Positions 10,465 to 19,839 of a stretch of 47,426 bases of DNA are shown piece by piece. Origin of the DNA: a virus (Duplodnaviria > Heunggongvirae > Uroviricota > Caudoviricetes); IMG/VR virus record IMGVR_UViG_2778261504_000010, positions 1 to 47,426 of that record, one strand, 5' to 3'. The notes under the pieces were generated by a model. The model was given only the letters and a program-made list of their open reading frames with translations. It did not search any database and was not told the DNA's origin. Positions within the stretch are counted from its first letter, which is position 1. The number at the start of each line of letters is the position of its first letter. A program made the position numbers and the translations under genes.

Positions 10465-10835
10465 CCTGTCACCTTCCTGAGTGCAGCCATTTTGATATCA
10501 ATTTTCGCTTCACTGTCGACGGTGTATTTCTCACCCACTTCAACAGTGAAGCAGTCCAGATAGGAGGTGCGCTTACCGCTGTTGCTGAGCGGATAAATTG
10601 AAATTTTCACACCTTCCAGATTTTCCCAGTCCGGCTCGTTGGTATCAGGGATAACCGCCGAAACTGAAATATCGTAAGTGGCAATGCCACGGGCAAAGCC
10701 TTTAGCCCTGCCGGTTTTGTTCATGGTCTTGACCAGCTTTCGCCCGGTGTTGATCTGAACATCGAAGTCGGTGATCTCGATTTCCTGGCTGTCCACCTCC
10801 AGCACAATCGAGCCGACATATTCTTTAATGGACAT
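10461..10835 (-). CDS. tail tube protein (Mu M-like)
   Basis: 124-aa ORF directly after sheath gene. Confidence 0.7.
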   Translation of the reverse strand: MSIKEYVGSIVLEVDSQEIEITDFDVQINTGRKLVKTMNKTGRAKGFARGIATYDISVSAVIPDTNEPDWENLEGVKISIYPLSNSGKRTSYLDCFTVEVGEKYTVDSEAKIDIKMAALRKVTG

Positions 10836-10847
10836 TTACCGCGCTCC

Positions 10848-12269
10848 TTACAAAATCATGTCGATGCGACCGGCAAACACGTGCAGGCCGTTAACCACAT
10901 CCGCCGGAACCACGCAGTCGAGACGGTTTGCATCTTTCCCGTTTCGCTGAACGCGCAGCTTTGCTTTGTTCGCTTCCACGTTCTCCAGAATTTCCGCTTC
11001 CTCCAGCTTGATCAGCACGTCATACAGTTCGCTTTCCACTTTTGCGATAGTGCGGGTGCTGAGTTTTTCGCGCGGGAAGCGAAGGCTGATGCGTTCGCGG
11101 CACGCCTTGCGGGTGTAGTCCAGCGTTCTGATGGACGTGATATCCAGTAACGAGACGTCAGTCACGCCCTGTGCGTTTACCGTGTACGTACTGACCGCAC
11201 GCACAATCTGCACCGTGTTACCCGGGCCAACCTCAACCGGCGTCAGGCCGTTATGCAGGGCGTTTTCCTGCTCGTTACGGCTTTCACGCTGTGACATTGC
11301 GACCACATCCAGCCCGGACAGCGCCAGCGAGTTCAGCGGACGCGCCGGGTCTTCCTCGCCCGCCATCACAGCGCCGTAGATGGCAGCCAGCACCGCTGGC
11401 AGCTTCACGGAGCCGCGATACCAGGGGACGGACACGCGCCCGCTGTTCACACCGGCGGCCAGGGTGATCCCGTTTCCGAGACTGCCCGTCCAGCCTGCAC
11501 AGCCAATCGCGCCGCGCTGTTCCATCGCGTTCCCGGTTTTCTCCAGATGCTGCTTCATGGCGGCAAGGGCTGGCGTGGTACTGAACGGACAAATCAGAAT
11601 GTTGTGACCGGCGGCAAAGACCGCATCCAGTGCGGGCTGAATATCCGGGTCCATTTCACCGTTCGCCATCGGCGTGGCGCTCACGGTCAGACCACCTGCC
11701 GTGGTGGATGCTGACAGGGTGATGTCATTCCCCCAGGCACCTTTGGTCCGGGTGGTGACCGTCAGCTGAGAGGCTTCCGATTGGTATTCCCCCGTAACCA
11801 GAAGCGAAGGCGTCTGCGTCATTGCTTCCACCAGTGCCGGAATAATTTTCGACGGTCCATCACCGGTTTCCACATCCACCGAAACCTGCTCACCGGCAAC
11901 CCATACCGACAGTGTTCCGCTGCTGATTGCCGTACCGTTGACGGTAACTGCGCCGGTTGCTGCCTTTCCTGCGCCACTGTCTGCAATACCGATAACATCC
12001 AGTTGCAGATAGCTGTTGGCATTAATGGCCGCGCGCGCCATTGCAGCGGCCAGCGAACCGGCCCCGAAATACAAATCCGCTTCGTCTTCGGAATACACGG
12101 AAACGGCATTCAGGGGCGTGGCGGTGCCGCCTGACAGCATCGGGCCAATCACCAGAACACGCTGTTCGTTACCCGGCAGCGTGTTAACGGCCAGCCGGGT
12201 ATTAAACTCAAAATGCACACCGGGCTTACGGATGCCGCCCGAAATGGTGTCAAACTGAATTTCACTCAT
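10848..12269 (-). CDS. contractile tail sheath protein (Mu L-like)
   Basis: 473-aa ORF, size and position typical of sheath. Confidence 0.85.
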   Translation of the reverse strand: MSEIQFDTISGGIRKPGVHFEFNTRLAVNTLPGNEQRVLVIGPMLSGGTATPLNAVSVYSEDEADLYFGAGSLAAAMARAAINANSYLQLDVIGIADSGAGKAATGAVTVNGTAISSGTLSVWVAGEQVSVDVETGDGPSKIIPALVEAMTQTPSLLVTGEYQSEASQLTVTTRTKGAWGNDITLSASTTAGGLTVSATPMANGEMDPDIQPALDAVFAAGHNILICPFSTTPALAAMKQHLEKTGNAMEQRGAIGCAGWTGSLGNGITLAAGVNSGRVSVPWYRGSVKLPAVLAAIYGAVMAGEEDPARPLNSLALSGLDVVAMSQRESRNEQENALHNGLTPVEVGPGNTVQIVRAVSTYTVNAQGVTDVSLLDITSIRTLDYTRKACRERISLRFPREKLSTRTIAKVESELYDVLIKLEEAEILENVEANKAKLRVQRNGKDANRLDCVVPADVVNGLHVFAGRIDMIL

Positions 12270-12504
12270 CGGAATCCACCTGTTTCTCTCTCTTCGCCTT
12301 CGCTTTTACCTGCACGGCGTCCTGTTCAGCCGTCACGGTGGTTTCAGGCTCATCCTTCACCAGAATCAGGTCACCGTCCTGAACGGCGCGCCGGTAATAA
12401 GCGGTGTTCTCAACGGTCACCGCTTCCGTGGTGATGTATTTCCGGGCGTTATCCTCCATCGGGAACTTCATCCCGGGAGCCGCCTTAACCTTCATTTTGT
12501 TCAT
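12262..12504 (-). CDS. small structural-module protein (Mu gp38-like)
   Basis: 80-aa ORF, synteny only. Confidence 0.4.
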   Translation of the reverse strand: MNKMKVKAAPGMKFPMEDNARKYITTEAVTVENTAYYRRAVQDGDLILVKDEPETTVTAEQDAVQVKAKAKREKQVDSDE

Positions 12505-13066
12505 GCTGTTGCTCTCTTAATTCATCCAGACCACAGATATCTGCGCCGTATTGCGTACCAATTCGCAGTAAATCCGGGTCAGGGTCTGACAGCCTGCCGT
12601 GGTAGCGGTTGAAGAGGCGATCCGCTTCTGCGCCACGCTCCGGCCATTTGCCGTTCTCCAGCGCGTGCTCCACCCAGCGGGTATCGAACTCACAGGCAAA
12701 CACGGACATTGCCCGCTCTGCCACGCCGGTGTTAAACAGCGTCCTGACCCGCCCGGGTTCGAAATAATCAATCTCCAGCCCCAAATCCTGACCGGTCAGC
12801 AGACGACGGACGGATTCAACCAGCTGGTTTGTCCCGACCTCATCCCGGACTGTGCCTCCCTGTCTGGCGCTCTGTTCGCTGCGGGTGTTGTAATCACCCA
12901 CCACAACCACAAAGCGTCCGGTGGCAATGTATTTCCGGCGTGACGTGGAATAGCGTTCGGTTTTCACGATGCCGCCGAACGTCACCCAGGCTGCCGGAAG
13001 GCTGCGAACAATCCGGCCCGGGTCTTCATCCAGTTCACCGGCATAGGTGCGGACATCCTGCACCAT
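12485..13066 (-). CDS. Mu gp37-like protein
   Basis: 193-aa ORF, synteny; start uncertain. Confidence 0.45.
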   Translation of the reverse strand: MVQDVRTYAGELDEDPGRIVRSLPAAWVTFGGIVKTERYSTSRRKYIATGRFVVVVGDYNTRSEQSARQGGTVRDEVGTNQLVESVRRLLTGQDLGLEIDYFEPGRVRTLFNTGVAERAMSVFACEFDTRWVEHALENGKWPERGAEADRLFNRYHGRLSDPDPDLLRIGTQYGADICGLDELREQQHEQNEG

Positions 13067-13119
13067 ATGCCCCAGACCACAGCGCAGACGCTCAACCAGC
13101 GCCCGTTCAATGTCAGTAA

Positions 13120-13551
13120 TCAGAATGCACCTCCCCGCGTGGACTCACGCCCGAACTGACGGGAGCCGGAGCGGATACGCACCTGTGACGATGACTGGAT
13201 CACGCTGCCGGACGTATCCCGCCCGAGGTTGATTTGTCCTGCCGCGACTTTCTCCAGAAAGCGGATGGCGTCCCGGTAGCGCATCTGAATTTCTTCTGAG
13301 CAGATACGGTAATCGGTCGCCAGGTGGTAACGGGCGATATCGCAGCAGTAACCCACCAGAATCCCCGGGCTGTCAGGCCACGGGGTCCGGTAACGCCCCA
13401 CCAGATAGCCATCAATCTGGGCACTGGCGCGCGCAAGCGCGGAGGCCAGCTTTTCTTCGTCGATGAATCCCGTCATGTCTTCATCCGTCAGTGTGCGTGC
13501 CTCTCGTTCACTGAACGCCCTGATGAACTGTTCCGGTGTGGCGTAAGACAT
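13120..13551 (-). CDS. Mu gp36-like head-tail joining protein
   Basis: 143-aa ORF, synteny downstream of capsid gene. Confidence 0.55.
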   Translation of the reverse strand: MSYATPEQFIRAFSEREARTLTDEDMTGFIDEEKLASALARASAQIDGYLVGRYRTPWPDSPGILVGYCCDIARYHLATDYRICSEEIQMRYRDAIRFLEKVAAGQINLGRDTSGSVIQSSSQVRIRSGSRQFGRESTRGGAF

Positions 13552-13554
13552 GGG

Positions 13555-13896
13555 TTACTTCTCCTTTTTGTCCGCTTTTTGTGTTTTCTGTGCGGCGTTC
13601 AGCTGTGCGGTCAGTTCACTGACTTTCTGGCGTTCTTCTTCCAGTTGCGCCGTCAGTTCGCTGACTTTCTGGCGTTCGGCATCCAGCTGTGCGACCAGCT
13701 CATCACCCCGGGCCGCGTCGTTCTGGCCGGACGCTTTATCACGCTCCACCACAATCAGCATGGGGTCCGCCTTCAGCACCGCCAGCTGTTCCGGGGTGAA
13801 CGCATCCACAGGCCATTCCTTCGTGGTTGCGCTGTGTGCCACACCGCAGCGGCGAAAACCCTCACGGCGGGCGGTAATTTCAATCACCTTTTCCAT
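13555..13896 (-). CDS. coiled-coil protein with internal 45-bp repeat
   Basis: 113 aa; repeated peptide ELTAQLEEERQKVSELTAQL; Lys-rich C-terminus. Confidence 0.5.
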   Translation of the reverse strand: MEKVIEITARREGFRRCGVAHSATTKEWPVDAFTPEQLAVLKADPMLIVVERDKASGQNDAARGDELVAQLDAERQKVSELTAQLEEERQKVSELTAQLNAAQKTQKADKKEK

Positions 13897-13899
13897 GCA

Positions 13900-14850
13900 T
13901 TACTCCGTCGTACCATCTGAACCAAATGCCATCTGCCAGAAGCCATAACCGCCGTTACAGCGCGCTTCGGCACCAAACCGAAACTTCTTACGCATGAATA
14001 CGTTGTCGCTGTTGTAGTCCGTCTGCTCCACAAAAACCGGTTTCTTACGCTGCTGGAAGATCAGCGGCTTGACCGAGCGGGAGGTGTCGAACAGGAACCA
14101 TGCAGAATCCGACGTCAGCTCCGGCATCACCAGCACTTCAGCGGTGTTGCGGTACGGGTTCGGCGTACCGTCCGGGAACTTCTCGGCGGTCATCAGGTAG
14201 TTCGCGTCATCTTCCAGCGCCGGTGGCACAACCAGCAGATTCGGGCGAATTTTGAGAGATGCGCCTTCGTCATCTTTCAGACTGCGCATGGCCGTACGGG
14301 CGGCACCGTAGGAGGCTTTCGCCTCGGCAAGCGAGCCAACTTTGAGTTTTTTGGTGCCTTTGTTGGACACCGATTTACCGGCGACCAGGTGGTCGGTATC
14401 AAAGAACATCTGGCCGTCGTAACAGGGACTGGTAAAACCGTTATTGATAAGGGACGCCACAATATCTGCCGGGAGTTCTGCCGCTGACTGGCCCGCGTCT
14501 CTGGCCTGAAGGGCATAGCCCATAATCTGGTCGTCCTCGATGTCGTTACGATCGACTTCAACCGTGGCTTCCCAGTCCTTGTTGCGGATGGTGTAGTTGA
14601 AGGCTTCCAGAGATTTAACGTTTTTATCACCGACCCACTCGCGCATTTTCGGGAAACGACTCAACCAGCTGTAGTCGTTCTCCTTGCTGCCTGATGGCAC
14701 TTCCATTGCCACTTTTTGCCAGTCAGTGGGAGTCTGGTCGAAGGCTTTCTGATAGGTGGTCTTCAGATTAATAAAAATCTGGTTGAGGTTTTTAGCGTTG
14801 ACTATCACGTTTCGCTCCTTAACTGAAATGAACCCAGACGCCATCGCCAC
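13900..14850 (-). CDS. major capsid protein (Mu T-like)
   Basis: 316-aa ORF; size and position after protease/scaffold gene. Confidence 0.8.
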   Translation of the reverse strand: MAMASGFISVKERNVIVNAKNLNQIFINLKTTYQKAFDQTPTDWQKVAMEVPSGSKENDYSWLSRFPKMREWVGDKNVKSLEAFNYTIRNKDWEATVEVDRNDIEDDQIMGYALQARDAGQSAAELPADIVASLINNGFTSPCYDGQMFFDTDHLVAGKSVSNKGTKKLKVGSLAEAKASYGAARTAMRSLKDDEGASLKIRPNLLVVPPALEDDANYLMTAEKFPDGTPNPYRNTAEVLVMPELTSDSAWFLFDTSRSVKPLIFQQRKKPVFVEQTDYNSDNVFMRKKFRFGAEARCNGGYGFWQMAFGSDGTTE

Positions 14851-15214
14851 AGATGCCGATCACTTTACCGGCGACAGGACGGGCGCTGCTGTTGTCGGTT
14901 TTTGCCACGGTCACGCTGTCTTCCACGTAACACAGCTTACCGACCTGCGATTGTGTGACCGGGTCTGAGGTGCTGTTCGCCATCAGAAAGGCTTTGCCGC
15001 AACGCACCAGAACGGTGACATCACCATCGCTGCCGGTGCTGTTATCCGCCCAGCCATCAGACACGCCCAGCGTAATCTGTGAGGCCGTGGCACTGGCCGG
15101 AACGGCATAACCGGATGCGTTAACGGCCACCATATGACCGCCAAAAATTTCGGTCGCAGCGGCAACCGGCACCGGGTTCAGTTCGCCGTCACGATAGGGG
15201 GTATTACGATCCAT
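14819..15214 (-). CDS. hypothetical head protein
   Basis: 131-aa ORF between protease/scaffold and capsid genes. Confidence 0.4.
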   Translation of the reverse strand: MDRNTPYRDGELNPVPVAAATEIFGGHMVAVNASGYAVPASATASQITLGVSDGWADNSTGSDGDVTVLVRCGKAFLMANSTSDPVTQSQVGKLCYVEDSVTVAKTDNSSARPVAGKVIGICGDGVWVHFS

Positions 15215-16384
15215 TTATTTGTCTCCTGCGTAACGGGCGACATCCTCTGGATCAACGCCCATCATTGAACAAATGGCGATATCGACATCGACGTCATCGC
15301 CGGTTTTAATCTGCGCCGGGGCCGGTGACGGCGTTTTGGGTGGTTTGCCGCCGGTCTGTGTCTGACTGAGCGCAACAAGTTTCGGTGCGTTATCCAGCCA
15401 GGACTTAAAGCCGTTGATATCGCGGATGGCGTAATCTTTCGCCCAGTCCTCCTGTGCCGGAAGCAGTCGGCCGTCAGACAGCGCCGCCTGAATCAGTGCC
15501 CCGGCTTCGGCTTCACCGGACTGTTGCGCCAGTGCGGCATAACGCCCCTGAAGTTCTTCATATGCCGTCAGAGGGATATGCTTCGTCGGGTCATAGGCAT
15601 TTGCTGACAGGCTGGCGATTTGCTCGTCTTTCTGATTCAGCAGGGCCAGCAGGCTGACGGATGCCGCCGCCGTTCCCTGACCGTTTGAAATCAGGTCAAC
15701 GACTTTTTGCAGCTCGTTTTTGATATCTTCTGCCGTCGAGGTCACCGGAAGGTTAAGCATCCAGCGCAGACTGGACAGCAAATCGTTTAACAGTTCTTCA
15801 TCCACTGTTGTGGTCTCCGTTTCAGTTGACAGACTCGCCAGACGGCTGGCCGCAGCCAGCATGACCGCGTCCATACCGTCGAGCGCCGGGGTATTGGTCA
15901 GCGCAGCATGTAACAGCTCCAGCACTTCGCCGCGCTTGTTGTAGGCAAAAACAGGGGAAATAAACTTGTACTCACCGGCGGCAATCATGGCCGCCGCGTT
16001 ATCCGTCCACTCCACACCGGTGGCATACAGGCCCGCACCTTCTCGCCATTCCACCTGGCTGAACCAGCCCGCCGCCGGGGCGGGCTTGCCGTTGTTTACG
16101 GCGCGCAGCGTCTGATGTTCGTAATCAATGACAAAAGGCGTGGTACGGGCTGCCACCTGTGCGACAAGCTGCGCGGCCAGTCCGGCAGTCAGCACCCATT
16201 TACCGCTTTCGACTTCATCGGTATGTGGGCGACCATCCACCGCGCTGAACTCGCCCGCCGGAAACAGCTGGATTTCGCTGTGGGTTGCTTTAGTAATTTC
16301 GAGGCTTAACGCCGCAATGTTCATCTTCATACGCGGCATGATGACGGAAGGGGAACACGGGGTACTGTGGAGGGTGTTCAGCAC
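15215..16384 (-). CDS. Mu I-like head protease/scaffold protein
   Basis: 389-aa ORF; start may be the internal MKMNIAAL (near 16327). Confidence 0.75.
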   Translation of the reverse strand: MLNTLHSTPCSPSVIMPRMKMNIAALSLEITKATHSEIQLFPAGEFSAVDGRPHTDEVESGKWVLTAGLAAQLVAQVAARTTPFVIDYEHQTLRAVNNGKPAPAAGWFSQVEWREGAGLYATGVEWTDNAAAMIAAGEYKFISPVFAYNKRGEVLELLHAALTNTPALDGMDAVMLAAASRLASLSTETETTTVDEELLNDLLSSLRWMLNLPVTSTAEDIKNELQKVVDLISNGQGTAAASVSLLALLNQKDEQIASLSANAYDPTKHIPLTAYEELQGRYAALAQQSGEAEAGALIQAALSDGRLLPAQEDWAKDYAIRDINGFKSWLDNAPKLVALSQTQTGGKPPKTPSPAPAQIKTGDDVDVDIAICSMMGVDPEDVARYAGDK

Positions 16385-16539
16385 CCTGCCATAACGCGAA
16401 AGGATAAAAGGGGAAATAAAACCGTTTTTAAAACCCTTTTAAAAACGATTCTGACAGCATTTACGGGGTGCAGTGCTGTTACGCCTCATCCGTGAGGCGT
16501 TTATGTTGTCACAGGCGATTACAGCGCGTTTCTGGTCAT
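16385..16539 (-). promoter_or_regulatory. non-coding gap between G-like and I-like genes; probable late promoter
   Basis: 155 bp without ORF; AT-rich palindromic stretch aaaaccgtttttaaaacccttttaaaaacg and hairpin acgcctcatccgtgaggcgt. Confidence 0.35.
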
Positions 16540-17091
16540 TCAGTCAATCACACGCGCAAAATAGCGGTTTGCGGTGTTCTCCAGCTCGTCGATGTCGTCC
16601 TGCACAAGCTGAAGGAAGGGACGCGCGGGCATGTTGACCGTATACGCTCCGACCGTTGCGCTCTGTACAAAATTACTGTTGCGCTTTTTCACAAAGCGGC
16701 TGCTGACGCTGCCGTTTTTGTACTGTTTAAAATACAGGTTCTGCGTCCGTGCCTGATGGCGGATTTCGCCGCCTTCGTTGTGGATACGGGCGTAACGGAC
16801 GTTTGTCCCGACCGTGGCCTCGTTATTGTTAACCGCAGAGCGGATACTGGCAGCCAGTCGCCCGGACTTCTGAAGGATTTGCCCGGGGCCGCGTCGCTTC
16901 GCATAAGCCGGACTCCAGCCCATCCATTTCGGGCGACCCTGTTGTTCAAAGTTAGTCTCAACCGCATCCAGCATGGAACCCGCAAGTGCCGTCATCAGGT
17001 CGCGCCGGTCCTTCACGGAACGAATCAGTTTCCCCAGCGTGGTGTTATACGCGCTTAAATCAATCTTAATATCCAGTTTACCTGTGCTCAT
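16540..17091 (-). CDS. virion morphogenesis protein (Mu G-like)
   Basis: 183-aa ORF after F-like gene. Confidence 0.65.
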   Translation of the reverse strand: MSTGKLDIKIDLSAYNTTLGKLIRSVKDRRDLMTALAGSMLDAVETNFEQQGRPKWMGWSPAYAKRRGPGQILQKSGRLAASIRSAVNNNEATVGTNVRYARIHNEGGEIRHQARTQNLYFKQYKNGSVSSRFVKKRNSNFVQSATVGAYTVNMPARPFLQLVQDDIDELENTANRYFARVID

Positions 17092-18254
17092 GATGCCTCC
17101 GGGGTATCCTGCATAACCCAGTCTGTCAGCGCGTCATCCTCAACCGTCACCACCGACCAGCGGTCGCCAGACTGTAACGCATACCGCCACGCGTTGCCGT
17201 CCTGCGTGACATGCTCCGCCCGTTCGATGGTCTGCTGCATCAGCGCATAGTCGGCGGCAGTCGGGGGCGTGTCTGCTGCACTGAGGCGCTTCATGACGTC
17301 AGCCGTAAGGTTTACCGTCTGCCGTGCAGCGCCCGTGGCGGAGACCTGTTCCGGTGAACGGATGGCCAGCGGATATCGCTGGCGCGCATCCAGTTCGCTG
17401 ACGTTCGCCAGCCCCCGTGCAAAATCCGGCCCGGTCAGGGTGCCGGTAACATACTGGCGGGCGCTGCGGTAATCGTATTTTTCCAGTTCCGGCTGCCATG
17501 CCACCCGACCGGGATTAAATCCGAAGCCCGGGTCGGCGGTATACACGGAACCGTCCGGCATCTTCAACCCCATTGTTCTGATGGTCTGGCCCGGCTGACC
17601 ATATTCCTGCTCAACCTCAACCAGTCGCCCCTCGCTGCTCTGCACCGTCAGGCCGTATTTCTCCACATCAGACGCCGAACGCGCCCGGATACGGCAGCGG
17701 CATCCGTACCCGTCAGGCGCGTAGAAATACGCCCAGACCGGGTCATCCGCCCGGGCGGTAAAGCCGTTCAGGGCGGCGTGTTTCGGGCGGGTGTGAAGGT
17801 CCATCACCGCCACGCGCTCAAAATAAGGCCGGTCGGCCACGTTCGCCATCTGCTGCTGATAACGTCCGGCGTTGTATGACGACTGAATATTGGTATCAAA
17901 TATCGTACGCAACCGGCGCGGCGTCAGCTGTCTGCCGTGCAGTTCGCCGGTGTCCTCGTCCACAATCAGCCGTTTACCCAGCCAGCCTTTTTTCTCCAGT
18001 AACGGCTCCAGTTGTGCAGCAAACTCCCGGAACGTCCCGCCGTCAGCCAGTGCCACCGTCAGGCCATCACGGATATCCTTCAGCACATCCAGTTTCAGCA
18101 CGCCCGCCACCGTGAACGCCCGGGCGTGTGCGATGTCCTTCACATCGTGCCAGCGGAAGCCGATAACGTATCCCTTGCTTTCGAAATACTTAATCGCTTC
18201 TTCCGGTTTCAGGGTGTACGCATAACCCAGGTCAACATCGTCAGCTGTCGGCAT
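17088..18254 (-). CDS. Mu F-like head morphogenesis protein
   Basis: 388-aa ORF directly after portal, overlapping. Confidence 0.8.
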   Translation of the reverse strand: MPTADDVDLGYAYTLKPEEAIKYFESKGYVIGFRWHDVKDIAHARAFTVAGVLKLDVLKDIRDGLTVALADGGTFREFAAQLEPLLEKKGWLGKRLIVDEDTGELHGRQLTPRRLRTIFDTNIQSSYNAGRYQQQMANVADRPYFERVAVMDLHTRPKHAALNGFTARADDPVWAYFYAPDGYGCRCRIRARSASDVEKYGLTVQSSEGRLVEVEQEYGQPGQTIRTMGLKMPDGSVYTADPGFGFNPGRVAWQPELEKYDYRSARQYVTGTLTGPDFARGLANVSELDARQRYPLAIRSPEQVSATGAARQTVNLTADVMKRLSAADTPPTAADYALMQQTIERAEHVTQDGNAWRYALQSGDRWSVVTVEDDALTDWVMQDTPEAS

Positions 18255-19836
18255 TCAGTCGCCCCCAGATATCCGCCACAAAAAATGCCTGTGTCAGCAA
18301 CTGCCGCAGCGTGTCATCCGGCAGTTCCGGCCACGCTTCCGCCAGTACGTTCATGGCCTCGTCCGCATCCCTGCCTTCCTGTATGGCCTGCACCAGTGGT
18401 GCCACCAGTTCGTTCATCCCCTGCGCGATGGCCTCTGTCGGAAGCTCTGCCCGGTCGATGGCGCGCTGTGCCGGGTCGTCCTCCCCGTTGTCCTGCTGAC
18501 TGAGCGCGGCAACATTCAGCCGCTCACGCAGCTGGCTGAGGCCCGCCTGCACAGGGAGACGCTGTGCCACCGGCACCAGTACCTCTTCGCCGTCTTTCGG
18601 GGTGGGGATACCGGTTTTTTTGCGTACCCACGACACAGGGATATCCTTCATCCCCACATTGTTGACCAGCACGTTGACGGCTTCCGCCACGCCCTTAATG
18701 TCGGCTTCCTGCTGCACATCAAACACCAGACGCGGCAGACGGCGTGGCGGGATATCCTGCCAGCCGTTCAGGCTGGCCATCATCTGTATCAGGCTGCTGA
18801 ACATGCCGGACAACTGGCGCGCATCGGCGGCCAGAATGTCGTGCCGGACCTCGTTATGCACATTACCCAGCGCGTTGGTGGAGGTTTTACCGTCAGCCTG
18901 GCTGGTCAGCGTACTGCCCAGAATCACTTTTGAGGTGGTACGCTCCGCCCATTCCACCATCGACATGAACGCCTCCGGCCCGCCGGAGGCGGCCTCCTTG
19001 AATTCAATCTCGTTACCCTGTGGCAGGGCTGCCACCGCTTCATGGCCCAGATTAACCAGGGCTTCGAGAATGTTGTCCCGGTCCTCGTCACTGGTGCCCT
19101 GTGCATAGTAAGCAATGCGCGCCGGAAGGCCGTAAATCTCCAGAAATTCCGCCATATCACGCAGCGCAAAGTTTTTGAACAGATACGGCCAGACCAGTAC
19201 ACGGAACAGGCCGGATGAACCCAGGAACCCCGACCGGGCGTTGTAACGGTGAACCAGCCAGCCGAACGGCCACAGCGCGGAACCGTCTTTACCATCTTCC
19301 CCACGATTGCCGTCATCCAGCCGGAGTTCGTCATTATGTTCCGGCAGGGTAATGAACCAGTTATGCGGGCGCAGCGTCACCGCATCCGGTAACCACGTTT
19401 TATCCACGAACGCCCAGCTGATTTCCTGACAGCTGAAGCCGTAACCGACACTGCTCATCCCGTTGAGGATGATGTCCTCCATGTCCGGGATGCCGTGCAG
19501 CCACTCATCCACGGCGGCGGCCAGCTCCTTTTCTGCCTTCGAGGCATTGCGGGGCGGCTCCACCGACCAGTCCAGCGTCAGCAACGCTTTTTTGCGCTTT
19601 TCCATCTCGGCGAACAGGTGCCCGTCACGTTCTTCCATATCTGCAAACAGCATCGCCTGCGCCGGAAGATAACCGCGTTCGGCAGCTTCCAGAATGCGCG
19701 GCAGTTTTCTGATGTTCAGACCACGGGACGGGTGGTCGGGATAAATGCGCAGCCGTTCCGCCACTCTGACCGACTGCGTGGTTTTGAGAGCCTCACGTTT
19801 CAGCGGGCGTCCGTAAATATCAACAAGCTGTGCCAT
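18241..19836 (-). CDS. portal protein (Mu gp29-like)
   Basis: 531-aa ORF after terminase large subunit. Confidence 0.85.
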   Translation of the reverse strand: MAQLVDIYGRPLKREALKTTQSVRVAERLRIYPDHPSRGLNIRKLPRILEAAERGYLPAQAMLFADMEERDGHLFAEMEKRKKALLTLDWSVEPPRNASKAEKELAAAVDEWLHGIPDMEDIILNGMSSVGYGFSCQEISWAFVDKTWLPDAVTLRPHNWFITLPEHNDELRLDDGNRGEDGKDGSALWPFGWLVHRYNARSGFLGSSGLFRVLVWPYLFKNFALRDMAEFLEIYGLPARIAYYAQGTSDEDRDNILEALVNLGHEAVAALPQGNEIEFKEAASGGPEAFMSMVEWAERTTSKVILGSTLTSQADGKTSTNALGNVHNEVRHDILAADARQLSGMFSSLIQMMASLNGWQDIPPRRLPRLVFDVQQEADIKGVAEAVNVLVNNVGMKDIPVSWVRKKTGIPTPKDGEEVLVPVAQRLPVQAGLSQLRERLNVAALSQQDNGEDDPAQRAIDRAELPTEAIAQGMNELVAPLVQAIQEGRDADEAMNVLAEAWPELPDDTLRQLLTQAFFVADIWGRLNADS

Positions 19837-19839
19837 TAA

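Noticed and set aside
11284-12134. ORFs 11284..11592, 11819..12109 and 11781..12134 within the tail-sheath gene
   Set aside because: Alternative-frame or antisense ORFs inside the 473-aa sheath gene with Arg/Cys-rich translations.
16385-16539. Anti-CRISPR locus between G-like and protease/scaffold genes
   Set aside because: No ORF of any size in this 155-bp gap; retained only as a probable late promoter.
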